Source: Lama glama (taxonomy: Eukaryota). From it: DNA of 64,000 bases. Under the pieces are notes generated by a model. That model saw only the letters and a program-made list of their open reading frames with translations. It searched no databases and was not told where the DNA came from. The DNA is taken from contig CM052832.1 of assembly GCA_028534125.1 (NCBI GenBank), positions 23,128,001-23,192,000 on the forward strand, read 5' to 3'. Both the position numbers and the translations under genes were made by a program. Shown here one piece after another: positions 34,882 to 47,880 of the stretch. Positions within the stretch are counted from its first letter, which is position 1. Each line of letters starts with the position of its first letter.

Positions 34882-35929
34882 CCTAATACTCAACTTTACC
34901 CAATTCTTTCCCAATAAATTCACTTCTCTTGCCCATTACCACTTCTATACCAAATGTTTCCTGATAATGACATTGTATTTAACTAGCTACGGTACTCCTG
35001 CAAAATTATTTGATTACTTCCTTAACAAACAGCTAAGTCCAGAGGTTATGACACATGGGACATGTAGGTTCTGATAAAGTGAGAGAAGGAGAAAAACAGG
35101 AAAAGGTAAAGTGTTTCCAACACCTATAGTACCAGGTCCCTGCTTTTCTTAGCCCTGTTCAGTAGAATTCGCAGGCCTATGACCGCCCCAGGTTGACCGT
35201 GTTTGGGTCCTGAGCCAGTCCTGACAAGGAAAGGAGGCCTAATAGGTGGGGGATCCTCTCCAGCAGGGTAACCACTAGATTTGGTTATTCTGCTGTAAAG
35301 GATCAACCTAAACAAGCTTCTGATCCAAGAGCAACAGCAAGGATTTGGAAACAGTGATGTCTGTCTCTCTGTAACATTGCATTCCCACTTGTTCTGAGCC
35401 TAACGGAGAATGGCAATACAGAAAACCTCCCCAGACACAGCAAACCCTTGCTGACACGATGGCTCAAGGCCTTTCCACATTAGGCTTTGAATCCATGTCT
35501 TGCTACCCTTCCACCGTGGATGTTCATTATCCCTTCCTGCTCATGCCCCTACCTTGCATGCTTCACCCCTGCAAAACCCTCTCTCAAATGCTCATGCCCA
35601 GCTAGGGACCTTCCTCTGCCTAACTGCCCCTCCTTCATCTACTTTGGGAGGGTCAAATCCATTCATTGCCCGACATGCTACACTCCTCAATGAAAAGTGA
35701 GAGGAAAGAATTCAAATACTCACAAAAATAGAAATATATTGGCTAAAAATTCACAAAGTCTGAGATCAGGGCACCCTCTGAGGGCAGGTTATGGGGAAAG
35801 GAAGGTGAGCTTGATCAAAGTCCTGTGTGCTTACAGAGTGGGATGGGTAGTCTGCACCTTGCCCAGCATGGAATCACAGTCACTCCTGCACTTGATCGCA
35901 GACATCATCAGGGCAACTTGACAAAGGGG

Positions 35930-36062
35930 CACAAGCCCTGGACTGGTCTGGATTCGCATCTCAGCTCTGAACCGCTGTTGTGACTTCACCTCTGTGAGCC
36001 TCTGTTTCCCAATCTGTGAAATGAGAGCTTAGAAAAGATGATCTTTAAGGTCTTTTCCATTA
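35930..36062 (+). mobile_element. MIR3/MIRc fragment
   Basis: CTTCACCTCTGTGAGCCTCTGTTTCCCAATCTGTGAAATGAG...ATGATCTTTAAGGTCTTTTCCA. Confidence 0.8.
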
Positions 36063-36224
36063 TAAAAAAAATTTTTTTAATCCAATTCTGATTGTTTAGA
36101 GGAAGAGACAAGAAATTTGCATGGAGCTTTTGAAGTCACTGTACAGGAGGAATGCCCCATTTAGTACAGAGAGATAGCAATTTATCTTATTTTATTATTT
36201 ATAAATTTACTTATTTTTACTTAT

Positions 36225-36510
36225 TAGAAGATGCCCTGTTAACACTTCCTGGAAGACCTAAGAGTGCTCTTTAAATACATGGAAGGCTCTCACATGGATG
36301 CTCTCCTCTTCAAGCAGAATTGTTTTCTATATAAACCCATAAGGTAGAACTAAAACTGACGGGTAGAAGACAGATTTAAGTTTAATATAGAAGAAATGTT
36401 TTATTCATTTGGGGATGATCCAGATACAGAATCCACTAGAAGAATTCCACAAACATAGCTTTATCCCATCCTTCTGAGAATGGGAGTCTTTGACTCTGCA
36501 AGTAGTATTT
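36225..36510 (+). mobile_element. L3 (CR1) 3' fragment
   Basis: CTTTAAATACATGGAAGGCTCTCACATGGA...GGTAGAACTAAAACTGACGGGTAGAAG..CAGATTTAAGTTTAATATAGAAGAAA resembles the L3 ORF2 end. Confidence 0.65.
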
Positions 36511-38350
36511 GATGACTGCTCTTACACTGACTTTCTTGGATAAAGGATCCTTCCCAATGCTTCTTACTGCTGCCTGCCTCAGCCAACATCCTGTCCAACA
36601 GAAGGGCTTTTTAGCTCTCAGATCAAAGCCTCCCTGTGTGCAAAGTGCCCATTGTTCATTAGTGAAATGTGACTTGCACCTGCTCCACTGAGGTGTACCG
36701 CTTTCACTGTGTCCCTCTCGGTTTCAGCAGGCTGTAGCAAGATCACAGGGCCAGTCACTTCGGTGACGAAGGAAGCCACGCTCTGCCAGTCAAAAGCTGG
36801 ACCAGCTGTGCTGGTCCTGTGTGAACCAGGTGCCTACTGCTTCCCCAGGAACCTGCTGCCAAGCCTTGGCAGCCGGGTGGACCAGCAGCTGCTCCTCTAG
36901 CTTCAGTCTTATCTCCCTCTCTCCTCCTCGGTCTGAGAATGCAAGCGCAGTCCCCAGGGAGGCCCGTTAGAAAGAGGAGGAAAGAGAGTTCAGAAAGAGG
37001 GTGATACAAGGCTGATGATTACAACGGGTTAACCAAAGGCATGAAAAGCAGGAAACATAGTCAATGTGAGAACTAAGACAAACTTTAGCCAGTCTAAGCT
37101 TCTCACATTCTGAACGGCATCATCTTCAAGACAGGAGAAATTCGTAACAGAAAGGCAGAGATCATAGTGAGAAAATAAATTGCTTATTAATATTGATATT
37201 ATTATTCAGCACAGCTTTTAAATCTATGCCAACACCCCTAATAAAACAACTGACCATGATAAAAAACCAACAGCCTCGATTTAGATTATCAAGCGGTGCC
37301 ATCTGCCCTGCAAGGATGCTTGTTTTCATGATGGTCCATGAATTAACATGGACAACAGCAGAGGAAATAAGATTACCATTGGTGCCTGTGCACTCTCCTG
37401 GTTATAGGTTCACTCTGTGTCATGACTCAGGAAACACTATTAAGCTATAACTAAATTGTGTGGATTTGAATCATGAATTGTATGTTGTGTGCCCTTTTTC
37501 TAGAAAATATTTAAACACCATTAAGCCACTCAGCCAAGCGAGGTACTTCCTCCCGTAAAATGCTATTCCTTACACATTGCCCTTGGAGATGTGGCAAAGG
37601 GCTCCTTCCAGAGCAGTAAATCCCCAGGGTAGGGGGCGGGGGGGATGGAGGCTAGTGTAAATGACACTGTTGTGCAGTGACTCATCCTTTCACTGACTTC
37701 ATTCACTTCTGTGTTTGCAGCCAGTTGGACAGCTGTGTTGGCCATATGAAGTCAGAGAATTTTTTTGTTCTGAAGACAGGAAGATGGGGGGGAAACAGAT
37801 AAAACAGTGAATGTGTGTGTGTGGAGCCATAATTGCTGCATGACTTCAGCTTCTCTGACCACATTAGTCACCAGTCCCCAAAGGAAGAGACGGGACTGGG
37901 TGGACTCAACATGCAGTGAGACAGGCTGGGCAGCTGCAGCTCAGGTCCAGGAAGAGGCTCTTCCTGTGTCGCAGTGAGGGGAGGGGCGAATGCTTGCAGC
38001 TAAAGGATAAGGTGATCAGCTGGAAACTGAGGAAAATCAAGCTATCACAAAAATTAATGAGATAGGAACCTGGCCCTCAAAATGTCCACAATCAAGGGGG
38101 AGAGACACCTCTGATCAGCCAACAAGCAACTCTCTGGAGTCGCAAAGGAGGAAGTAACACAGAATGGCTAGAGGGTCCCCCAAACAGTGCAGACAGAGCC
38201 CCAGCCAACGCATTCTTTTTTAACGTCGTTTGGACCCTCAGCTCCACCTGTACACTCTCCCTTCCCACTGATCAACACTCACTCTCTGATGTTTCCTGCA
38301 AAGACTATTCCAAAACGCCAACATTCCCTTCCAGCCTCAACCTTCTAATA

Positions 38351-38563
38351 TAAGGGTCAGCAAACTATGGCTTGCAGACCAAACTCAGCCCACCATTTCT
38401 TTTGTAAATAAAGTTTTCTTGGAACACAGAATCATTTAAGGTAATGCCGAGGATGCTTTCCCACTAGAACGGCAGAGTAGAGTAGTCGTGGCAGACACTT
38501 ACAGCCCGCTAAGTCTGCACTACTGGTCATCTGGCCTTTCAGAAAATAGTTTGCTGACCCCTG
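38351..38563 (+). mobile_element. MER58A hAT-Charlie MITE
   Basis: TIRs TAAGGGTCAGCAAACTA and TAGTTTGCTGACCCCTG. Internal TTTGTAAATAAAGTTTTCTTGGAACACAG. Confidence 0.9.
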
Positions 38564-38569
38564 CTCTCA

Positions 38570-40100
38570 TGCACAGCAGAAAACAACGTCTCTTACTCCA
38601 CCAGGAAAATGAGAAGGCGAAATCTCTCCACCTTTACACCCAACGCCTATCAAACAGTCTATAGCTGCTCCTATTCCCATCCGGGCCTGTCCAGACTCAG
38701 CGGATGACGGGGCCTCCTCTCCTATTCAAAGACCAGCCTGCTCACTCTGGCCCTGGATGCCGCCCTCCCTCTCTCCTCCAGGTGCTGGCTTTCATGTCTT
38801 TAACTTAAAATCAGAGGATTTGTCTTCAGCCCACTTTTCACTCTGTTGTCTCTCAGGGTGAGAGCCTGCCTTCTCTGAGGGGATTTTCAAATCATCCCTA
38901 CGCTTTCCCTTCCTGTAGGTTTTGACCGGTAGGTCCAATAGATGGTCAATCTCTGCAGCCAAATATTCTGTGAGAACCACAAAAGCATTGTGTCCCCAAA
39001 CTAAATCAAAATCTTTCTCATGAAAACTTCTCCTCCCTCGATCTCCCTATCACTGCAGCTAACACCACCATCCACCCAGAAACCTGCAAGCCAGCTCTGA
39101 CTCCCCCCTTTCCCTCACCCTCACACCATACATACAATAAGACAAAGACACTACTGGAATACCTTCTAAATCTACCCACCCTCAAGTCATCATCCAGTGC
39201 TGACTGTCCTACTGCCTGCCATAGTCACTCCCTCTCCTCTCACCCAAACAACGACACTAACCCTTTAACCAGGGGTCCTCCTGCCTCCTATACCATGCTC
39301 CACTGGTCCAACCTCCACACTGCTGCTTGAAGGCTCTCATCCATGCAAATCTAACCATTTATCATTCCCGTTTAAAATCCTCTATTGACTCTGTATGGTC
39401 TATAAAATAAGTCATAAGTCCCTTAGCCAAGAATTCCCCATGATGTGATCTATAGTTCTTCTTCCAACCTTATCTCCTATATGTTTGCCCTGCCCTTGGC
39501 CTGTAATACAACCTCATGCCACCATGGTCCCTTTTTGAACCCATCAGTTCATGAAGACAAACAATAAATACCCACTAGTTTGTAGAGCTCTCACTTTGGA
39601 CCTCAGTCCCCTTAACTGATCTGTGCTTGACTTTGTTCCAGTGCTGTCTTCTTCTGACTCTACATTTTGGTCTGGGATTTCAAACTGGACCCCACTATGG
39701 CCTTCTGAGTTTGGTATTTATAGTTACTCTTTCTGGTGAATCTAGACTTTCTTCTAACAGTCTTTGACTTAGATTGATGTTCCAATTCTTAGAATCTTTG
39801 TTTGCTTTGGATATAAATATCATGAACCAACCCTTAAAAACTCTTTGGATCCAATTCTAAGTTGTAACTCAACCAACATCTAACAAGACTAGCCCCAATA
39901 CCCAGGAATGAGACATGAAGACATCTCTGTCTTTATACTTGCTTGCTCGGTACCAAATTATTCATAGTTCCCTCAACACCTCCATGGTGTTTTATGCTCA
40001 TGCTCTGTTTGGAATGATATTTTAACTCTTGTTCACTTAGATAAATAATACTAGATACTCCATATTTATCTCAAGTGTCCCCTCACCCGATATACCCTGC
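38570..40100 (+). mobile_element. Fragmented L2, interrupted at ~39502-39885 by an unassigned LTR-like segment
   Basis: L2 motifs CACTCTGGCCCTGGATGC, CACCACCATCCACCCAG, CTCCACACTGCTGC...TTTAAAATCCTC and TGCTCATGCTCTGTTTGGAATG. Confidence 0.65.
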
Positions 40101-41049
40101 AGCTTAGTGGAAAGTGTTGATCAGAGGAGAAATATTAGAGAAATTCAGGATTAAGTACAGGGGAACATCAAAAAGTTAAATTAATAAATTCAGGAGAAAC
40201 TATAGGACAGCCACACCTTGAGGAGAAAAAAAGAGAATGAGAACAAGCAGAAAAAGTCATAACTGTAGAATGGCTCACATGCTTTTAACTTTAAAAAACT
40301 GAAATTAACAAAACACCTGAAGGATTTTGGCCAAGTAGAGGTAAAGAATGAGCTTAGGGTAAACTAACATTTTCTCTGGCAACAGATATAAACCCCAAAA
40401 TAATAGCATTGTAATGAGAAAAAAATCAAATGTAAATGAACACAGAGTAACTACAGGCAGCATGTTTTCCAATTAGCTCTACCTTACAGGAATATCTGGA
40501 GAGAAATCTGTGAAGTGTTAAGAACAACAACAAAAAAATATGGAAATAAATGAAAATAATAAGACAAAGGAGTTAATTCAAGATTGTAGATTCAAGAGAG
40601 CTTCAAAATAAAGCTAGCTTCTCTGGCTGACCTTGGTCTGAACGGTGCTAAGTGAAAAATCATAAAGCTGGGTATTCTCAATGTCTTATGGGCTTTTCAG
40701 TCATCACAACTTGAAAGAAGTCCCCAGGCAACAGGCACCTGGGCTGAGGGGGGAAAAGGAGATGCTTGGTCTTGGGTTTCTTGATCACAGGAACCCAGGC
40801 AAACTGCTGCCTGGCATAGCCCTCTCTTCCCTGGCATTTCCTTAAAGTTGGACCCAAGGATGGAGAGGAAGGATGGAAAGAAATGAATTAGAACCAGGAA
40901 GTCACATCTTCCCTAAATACTCTCCACTAAGAATAAGTACACTGCCCTTCCTCCCAAAGCATCCTGTGGTTACTCCGTCATGGCACTTGGCACATTTTCT
41001 TGGTAGTTTACACACATACAACCATTTCCTCTAAGTATATCACACTATA

Positions 41050-41432
41050 GTGGTTTAAGATAGGATTGGTTAAAATGGCATGTAATAACAAACTTGAGAT
41101 TTCAGCAGCTTAGTACAAGTTTTCTTCTCAATCATACATAGTCTGATGCAAGTTAGTAAAAGTGTTTTACATTTGTAAATTTTGGGCCCAGGCTCCCTCC
41201 ACCATGTGACACTTTCAGGTCAACACATCATTTCCTGGGTCATGGCAAAAGGGAAGAGAGAAAGGAAGTAGTGTGCTGGCTCTTAAATGCCTCAACCCAT
41301 GAACTGCATTCACATTTCACGATTAAAACTAGTTACACAGCTCCATCTCCTGCAAAGGGCTGAAAAACATCACCTTCTGTGTGTTCAGAGAGGAGAGGAA
41401 CTCAATATGGGGAGCACTGAGAGTTTCCACCA
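41050..41432 (-). mobile_element. MLT1I/J-like MaLR solo LTR inserted in an L2 3' end
   Basis: ATTTCAGCAGCTTAGTACAAG, GGGCCCAGGCTCCCTCCACCATGTG, CTAGTTACACAGCTCCATCTCCTGCAAAGGGCTG. Confidence 0.7.
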
Positions 41433-41559
41433 CTCTGATCTCATTGTCCTTGTGACTCCAATACCTGCAAGAGGGGCAAGTGCATACTAGATACTGAATA
41501 AAGGTTTGCTGAGCGGTGCTGACTCTGCCTGGTGAACTTAAGGGAAGTCTGCACAGAAG

Positions 41560-41800
41560 ATGAGATCAGAAAGTGAAGAAAAGTCCCCTTCAAAACCCTA
41601 ACTCCAGGAAAGGAGTCTGAAACAAGAGAAGAACCAGGAGAAAAGGTTGTTGAGGAATCCAGATGAATGAATGAAGATAAGAACAGTCAACAGCATCACA
41701 AGCCACAGAGGAAATAAATAAGAACATGACTGAAAACAGGCCATCAGATTTGACAATTAGGTCATTAATGGCTTTTCTCTGGTGCAGGCCAAATCTCATT
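41560..41800 (-). mobile_element. L2 internal fragment
   Basis: GTCAACAGCATCACAAGCCACAGAGG...GACTGAAAACAGGCCATCAGATTTGACAATTAGGTCATT. Confidence 0.7.
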
Positions 41801-41959
41801 ATGGCGAGTTTTAGAGGGAATCCAAATCATTTGAGTGAGCTAGAGTTTCATAGCATGAATGCTGCTCAAAACAGATGGCTATTTGAGATTTGTGGATGTT
41901 TTGTTTCTCTGAGATTTTTAACCTTAATAAAATTTCTTGCCATGAAATAGTAAGAATTA

Positions 41960-42160
41960 AGAACAGCCACCACTCACCATGCACTCGCCATGTGCCCAGC
42001 ACTCTCCGAAGTATTTTATCCCACTATTCCTGATACTTAGTAGGAGTCGTAGAAAAAAGGTATTGTTACATTCTGACCCTATGGTTAGTACACACTAACT
42101 GCAGTGAGGCTGGGGCCCAACCCTTCAGTTCCAAATTTGTGCTCTTTCAATTACATCACA
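41960..42160 (-). mobile_element. MIR fragment
   Basis: GCACTCGCCATGTGCCCAGCACT...CAGTGAGGCTGGGG. Confidence 0.55.
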
Positions 42161-43559
42161 GTCTTGTTCCCCAAAATGTTCAATGGCTAAATCTGTGCAT
42201 ATTAGATCTGTGGCATTTCTTAAATAAAATGTATCAAAGCGGAATGGCTCTCCCATGTTTTACTAGACTATCCTTTTATCTTTAGCTTAGAATCATTCCA
42301 TACCAAGGCATGGTGATTGTTACGGATACTCTGAATTATCATTCTGAAACTATCCTCACTGAAAGAGGCAAATTACACAATGTACAGGGTATTCAAACTT
42401 TCTTCAGCTCTTTCCTGTTTTGCTTACTTCGCATCGTCTCAACCTTCCTTTTACATAGAAATAATGATCTGGTGATCATAAATTATTTTTGATATTGGTT
42501 AATCCTCTGAGGTTTTCTCTTTCACACAAAATTGTGAACAGTGTGATATATTTAAATAATGACATTTTCACAGTAAATTAACAATGACGTAAAATGTACA
42601 CTTCTCAAATCTTGTAGGGAAAACAGTATCAAGTGTATATTGGCTTAATTGTAGTTGGAAATATTCCAGAAAATATCTCTGGAAAATTCTGTTTTGAGTC
42701 AGTAGGGAACTGGTAAGGAAGACTTAGAAATATTATTTTGGCCACATCAACAACCAAACAATTCAACCATATTTCATTTAAAGCTCCCAGAGAAGCTCAC
42801 CCTTGGCTAGTACAGTCCTACAGCTCTATGGTGCCTGATTATTTAACCATCCTAAAATGACTACCCAAGTCGCCTTTTAAATTCACACCTGCTGCTGAAT
42901 ACTTCCCTGGTTGGCCCACCTAGAGCATGACCTTTTGAACATAGTGTTCCAAATACACTTTAATATATGGCCTTTTATTTTATTAAAAAATTAATTGGAC
43001 TTTCTGGATGAAGGTTATTGAGATATATATTACACCTTGGCCTATTAAGTCAGAAATGTATACAGTTCAGCATTTATAAATTTCATTGTAATTATTATTC
43101 TAAGCTTCACCAGGAAGTTCAAGTTCATAGGTCACTTTCTCAGAGAACAAAAATTAAATGATTATGAAAAGTAAGAATTATTTCATGTGGATCTTTAGGG
43201 ATGAGTGCTAGAAAATAAATATTAAGCAGAATAGACTGTAATAGGTGTGTTTCATTTACTTATCTATCAAATCTTTATTGAATGAACACCTGAAGCGCGC
43301 AGTGTACTGGATTGAGTACAATAGCGGGCCAAAATACAGTAGAATAATGAAACTAAGTGAATGGATTTGCATAAGAAAAGTGCAAAGCAGTATGTCCACA
43401 GCTACAAAATAATACAAACATCTGTCCTAAACTTCTGTATACTATTCAACATCCGACTTACAGAAGAAACAAACACAGGTACCTCATGATAAATAGTTCA
43501 CTTTAATAGACACATTGCAGATTTTCCTTAAACAGCAAACTCTTCTTATACATATTTCT

Positions 43560-45690
43560 ACTTGTGATGCTTTGGAAACTTGATCTACCACTCTATTTCG
43601 CATGCTTTTGTTTTTGTTTTCCTTTACAGTGCTAACCCTTACCTCAGGCCTAGCCTCCTCCTACTTTCAGTGCATGGACTTCACAGAGAACACGAAAACC
43701 ACCTTCCTGCATCTAATCAGCGTTCTCTTCATCCTTTTGTATGATGAAGAGAGTATCTCACTTCCAATCAAGGTTCAGCTCCTTCAGATATATCCTGGGT
43801 CTCAACCCCGCCGCTGCTTTCAGACTTTACCCTTTGAGTTTCTCCTCTTTTGCTTTGGACTTAAATCTGCAATTAAATACATTTAATGCTCATTGCCAGT
43901 CCTTTCACCAAAGCTTCCCCAGCCATCGTTTATTTGGCAGGAGTTCAGTCTCTAATCGTTTCCTCAAAATGGCATCATATAAATAATATTTCCTGGGTTC
44001 TTGCACTTTCAAAACTGTTTTACTGTCATCTTTTAGACTACAGATGAACATCTTGGTCATATATGAGATCTCCGACCCATTCTTTCTTTTCTTGAATATA
44101 CAAACCTGTCCCACTGTCTTCTGGGATTGACTTTTAGCTTTAGAAAAGTCTGATGCCTGCCTAACTTCATTTCACCACAAGTGACTCGATATTTTTATCT
44201 GCTTTCCCCAAATATTCTTTCTTTATTCTAATCACTTTAGGATATGTCTTGATGTTGACTTTTCTAGGTCAATTTTCTCTGGTACACAATAAGCCCTCTA
44301 AATATGTAGATTCGTGCCTTATTTTGTTTTTTAGAAAACTTGTCTGGAATTGTATTTTTAAATATTTGTTCTGTTCTTTTGTTTGGGTTTTCTTCTTGGG
44401 AGACTCCATATGTATATGTTTCCTTGTGTTTCATTCCTATAATTTTGTCTCTAATCCTTTTTATCTCTATATTTCTTTTTCATTTCGTTCACTTTTCTCA
44501 TATCTATATACTTGTCTCCTACTATGCTTTCAGTGGTGCCCATTCTTCTGTGTTCTATTTAATTTAGTCTTCTGGAAAAAAAAATTCCTTTTTCTTTTGC
44601 TTCTTTCATGATTTCTGCCAAATCCTATTTCACCTCCTCCTTTAGTTATTTCATCATCTCTTGTTATCCAGTCCTGAGTTCTTGTAGCTTTGTACACCTT
44701 CATTAATAACAGTTATTACTTGATTATTTAATCAAAAGTGATGTTAAGTTACAATTTTTATCTGCTTCTTGGCAGTAGTTTTCTGGTGCCTTTCATCTGT
44801 CTATAGGAAAATTTTGCTATTCTTTTTGACAGATTAATAGTATCTCTGCATAGCTGCTTTTCCAATTCCTTTTGCTGTTACGCATGTTTGAATGAGTTTA
44901 ATTTTCCTGGACCAGCTTTTTGCAAAGGTTATCAGGGGGTTGAGAGGAAGAACTGAGGCATTGCAGTCTACCAGGCTTTACAGCTCATAGGCTTTCTCCG
45001 TTCCTCTCTGTTGCAACAGGCGATTTCCTTTAAAAAAATAATGCCTGTTATTATTCAACCACATTCCTTTTGACTTTAAGGTTCAGAATGGTTTCCACTG
45101 ATGTGATCTTCCAGTTTCTTCACCAGCCACTGCCACACAGGACATATCTCTTACCTTCCAAGGTACTATCCCCACTTTTTGTTGGTGCATTCTGACTTAC
45201 AGTTTCTGTAGTCTATCATCTGTGTGGCCCCCAGATCCTTCCCACCTTCCCACAGCTTCACACCCTGTTTCATCTCATCTAGGGTGAACACGTTTTGGTT
45301 TGCCCCAGGATTCAAGAGGTTCCTAGGGCATGGGACATTCAATGCTAAAGCTGGGAAAGGTCCAGGCAAACTTGGACTAGTTGGGCACCCTGAATTCATC
45401 CTTGCTCACTGCAGTTGGCATTCAGGATGGGGCCCTTCTAGACTGGAAGTGAACACATACTGTCTTTTCTGAAATTCACCACAGCTCATGCCTTCTTCAC
45501 TATCCTTCTCACTGCCCATCACCATTTACCATGAAGCTTCTTGCCTGCTTCCACTGGTCTCAGTTGCTTTTGGCAGTATGTATACATAACTCATAGTTCA
45601 AGATATCTGGGTCTCCTGGTTTTACTGAAAATGGAGTTTGTGCATTTTTTTCATTCAACTTGCTCTATATAATTTCCAAGTGGAAAAATT
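43560..45690 (-). mobile_element. HAL1 (half-L1, ORF1-only element), decayed
   Basis: AGAAAAGTCTGATGCCTGCC and AGGATATGTCTTGATGTTGACTTTTCTAGGTCAATTTTCTCTGGTACACAATAAGCCCTCTAAATATGTAGATTC resemble antisense HAL1. The T-rich strand bias fits an antisense L1-type ORF1. Confidence 0.75.
45280..45392. mobile_element. MER81 hAT-Blackjack MITE nested in HAL1
   Basis: TIRs TAGGGTGAAC and GGGCACCCTG. Internal GGGACATTCAATGCTAAAGCTGGGAAAGGTCCAGGCAAAC. Imperfect 8-bp TSD ATCTCATC/AATTCATC. Confidence 0.85.
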
Positions 45691-46164
45691 CAGACTAAGC
45701 CTCTCCCATTTTTCCTTGGAGCTCAATAGATATTTTCTATTGTCTTCATAGAATTCCAGGTTGAAGAGCCTCACTCCCGTTATAACTGAATTTCTTAACC
45801 AAGAGAATTCTGCAGGTAAGACTGTGATGCTTAGAATAAACAGACCCTGTAAGCAATACCCCACACAGAATGATGAGTCAACAAGATGAATGTCAGGCTG
45901 TGTATGCTACACATTACCAAAGCACATCAAGGTACACAGAAGCACAAAAGCACACTTACAAGCATCAAGTGCCATGTGAATAAAAAGTAATAATAAAAAC
46001 AGTATTGGAAACGTGGATAACTAAGAAATCATAATGGGTGCTAAATAACAGCCTGCATGGAGTATAAGTAGAACACAGAACTAAGTTCTGAATAAGCCCT
46101 CTTTGAATAAAAAATTGCTGTTTCTTGATTATGGCCAACTCATAAATACAAGTGTAAAAAAATA

Positions 46165-46385
46165 GGCAGAATAAGTGCTCCCATATACAAATCGCTGTGC
46201 CAGATGCAGTGGCCTGGGTTATTTTATTTAAACTTAACAACTTTTCAAGGTAAGCGTAATGAGAGTGAGTGTCAGAAAAGTTAAAATATCTGAGATCATT
46301 CAGCTAGCATATGCCAGATCTAGGATTCACACCTGGGCATCTCTGGGACCAATGGCCATACTCTTCTTACTACACCATCCTGCCT
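46165..46385 (-). mobile_element. MIR SINE
   Basis: GTGCCAGATGCAGTG...CAGAAAAGTTAAAATATCTGAGATCATTCAGCTAG...CTAGGATTCACACCTGGGC. Confidence 0.65.
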
Positions 46386-47880
46386 CTTTTAAGTCAAAGA
46401 AAGAAATTAATGAAAGTTCAATGCTTGGAAGAGAAATCCTGAGGGAGATAGTAACGTAAAAGAGGTGCCTGGGGAGGGCAGTCATTGAGTTCTAACCAGA
46501 TGTGGCAAAAGCTCCAGTGTAAACAATGTGACTGTAGCAGGAACACAGAGGGAACAAGAAAGTCAGCAACCATATTTATTAAAATTTTTAATGCAATTGC
46601 TTCAACAAGCTAGAGAGAAATTTAAGACTTGAACAACCTGGTGCATCTGGTTTCATCCCCTGACAGAAGCCCATTTTGACGAAGTGGGAATTAAATTCAC
46701 AAATGTAAGAAACTAGAATAGTTTATCAAATTTATTCCTGCTGTTATGAAAAATAATGTTGTGATAGGGAATGAGATTAAATCTCTCAAAAATCAAATTT
46801 AAGCTAAAAAAAGAGAGAGAGTGGCAGGCTAACTGGTCGACCAGAGGGAATAGAAGTATCAGGTCTAATTCTCAGAAAATGATTTGCAAAAATAAAGTCT
46901 GATTCTTCATGTTACTGGAAAGCTATTAAAATTAGTAAGTTTCAAGCATTTTAAAAGTGTTAGCTTATAGCCCCTTCCCAAATTACAAACATAATGCATC
47001 CAAAGACCTGATTGGTTAGGATGACATCATTAGAATCATCTTTGTCTTCAATCAACCCTCACAGAGACCCACTAGGAGCAAAGCCCTGTGCATGCTGGTC
47101 TTTGGCTTCTGCACAGTGTCCCTATGAATAGGAAGAAATTTGGGGTTGCAGACCTTCAGCTGATAAGAGAAAACCTCACCATGCAGAAAGGAAAATGATT
47201 TGAAGGGCATATTTAGCCCCGACCAGAAACCTCTGTGCAATGCCATAAATCTTAATTTCATTAATTTCCAGCTATTTCAGTAAGTTATTCAGTAAGGAAA
47301 TAAAATATTAACCCTTTACCTCCAGATACCAGTGTATTTGGATTCCATCAATCTTTCTCTAGCTACTTCAGCCCAAACTGACCTCTTCTTCCTCTGAAAA
47401 TTATTCTGATGGTTCATATAATATAATTTGACTCTTAATTAGTTTTGTAATTGTAAAGGTTTGGGATGTGCACATTTGGCATAAGGTTCTACAAGGAGAA
47501 CCACTGAGTAGTACAGCCCTGGTGGAAAGCGAGAGTCCAGGGAGCCAGCAATCTGCCTTCTCTCACCCCTCTGGACCTCAGTTTCCCAATCTGCATTCCT
47601 GTGGAGAGGAGTAGTGATATTTCCCTGAGTTTTGAACAATTCCTGACATTATGGATGAGATGTCACTTTCTATCATCTCCTGGAGACAAGCCTTGCTGGA
47701 CTGCTGCTGCAGGCACTCCTGGGGTGGGTGGGGACTTCAGAAGAGGGTTCCTTGCACTCACCCCTCGCACTCTGCAATTTTGCCACTGCCACAGCTCAAG
47801 CCATTTTAATATTTCCCTCTCTGGAGCTATACAGTTCAGAGCATGTGCAGCAGCCTTGAGGGGAGCTTTTCCCCAAGGGG

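Noticed and set aside
42655..42692. GAA/TTC cluster resembling a heat-shock element or STAT site
   Set aside because: Only isolated inverted pairs are in phase. The spacing does not give three contiguous nGAAn units or TTCN3GAA.
43602..44611. Hydrophobic Phe/Leu-rich ORFs that look like membrane proteins
   Set aside because: They come from the T-rich antisense strand of HAL1.
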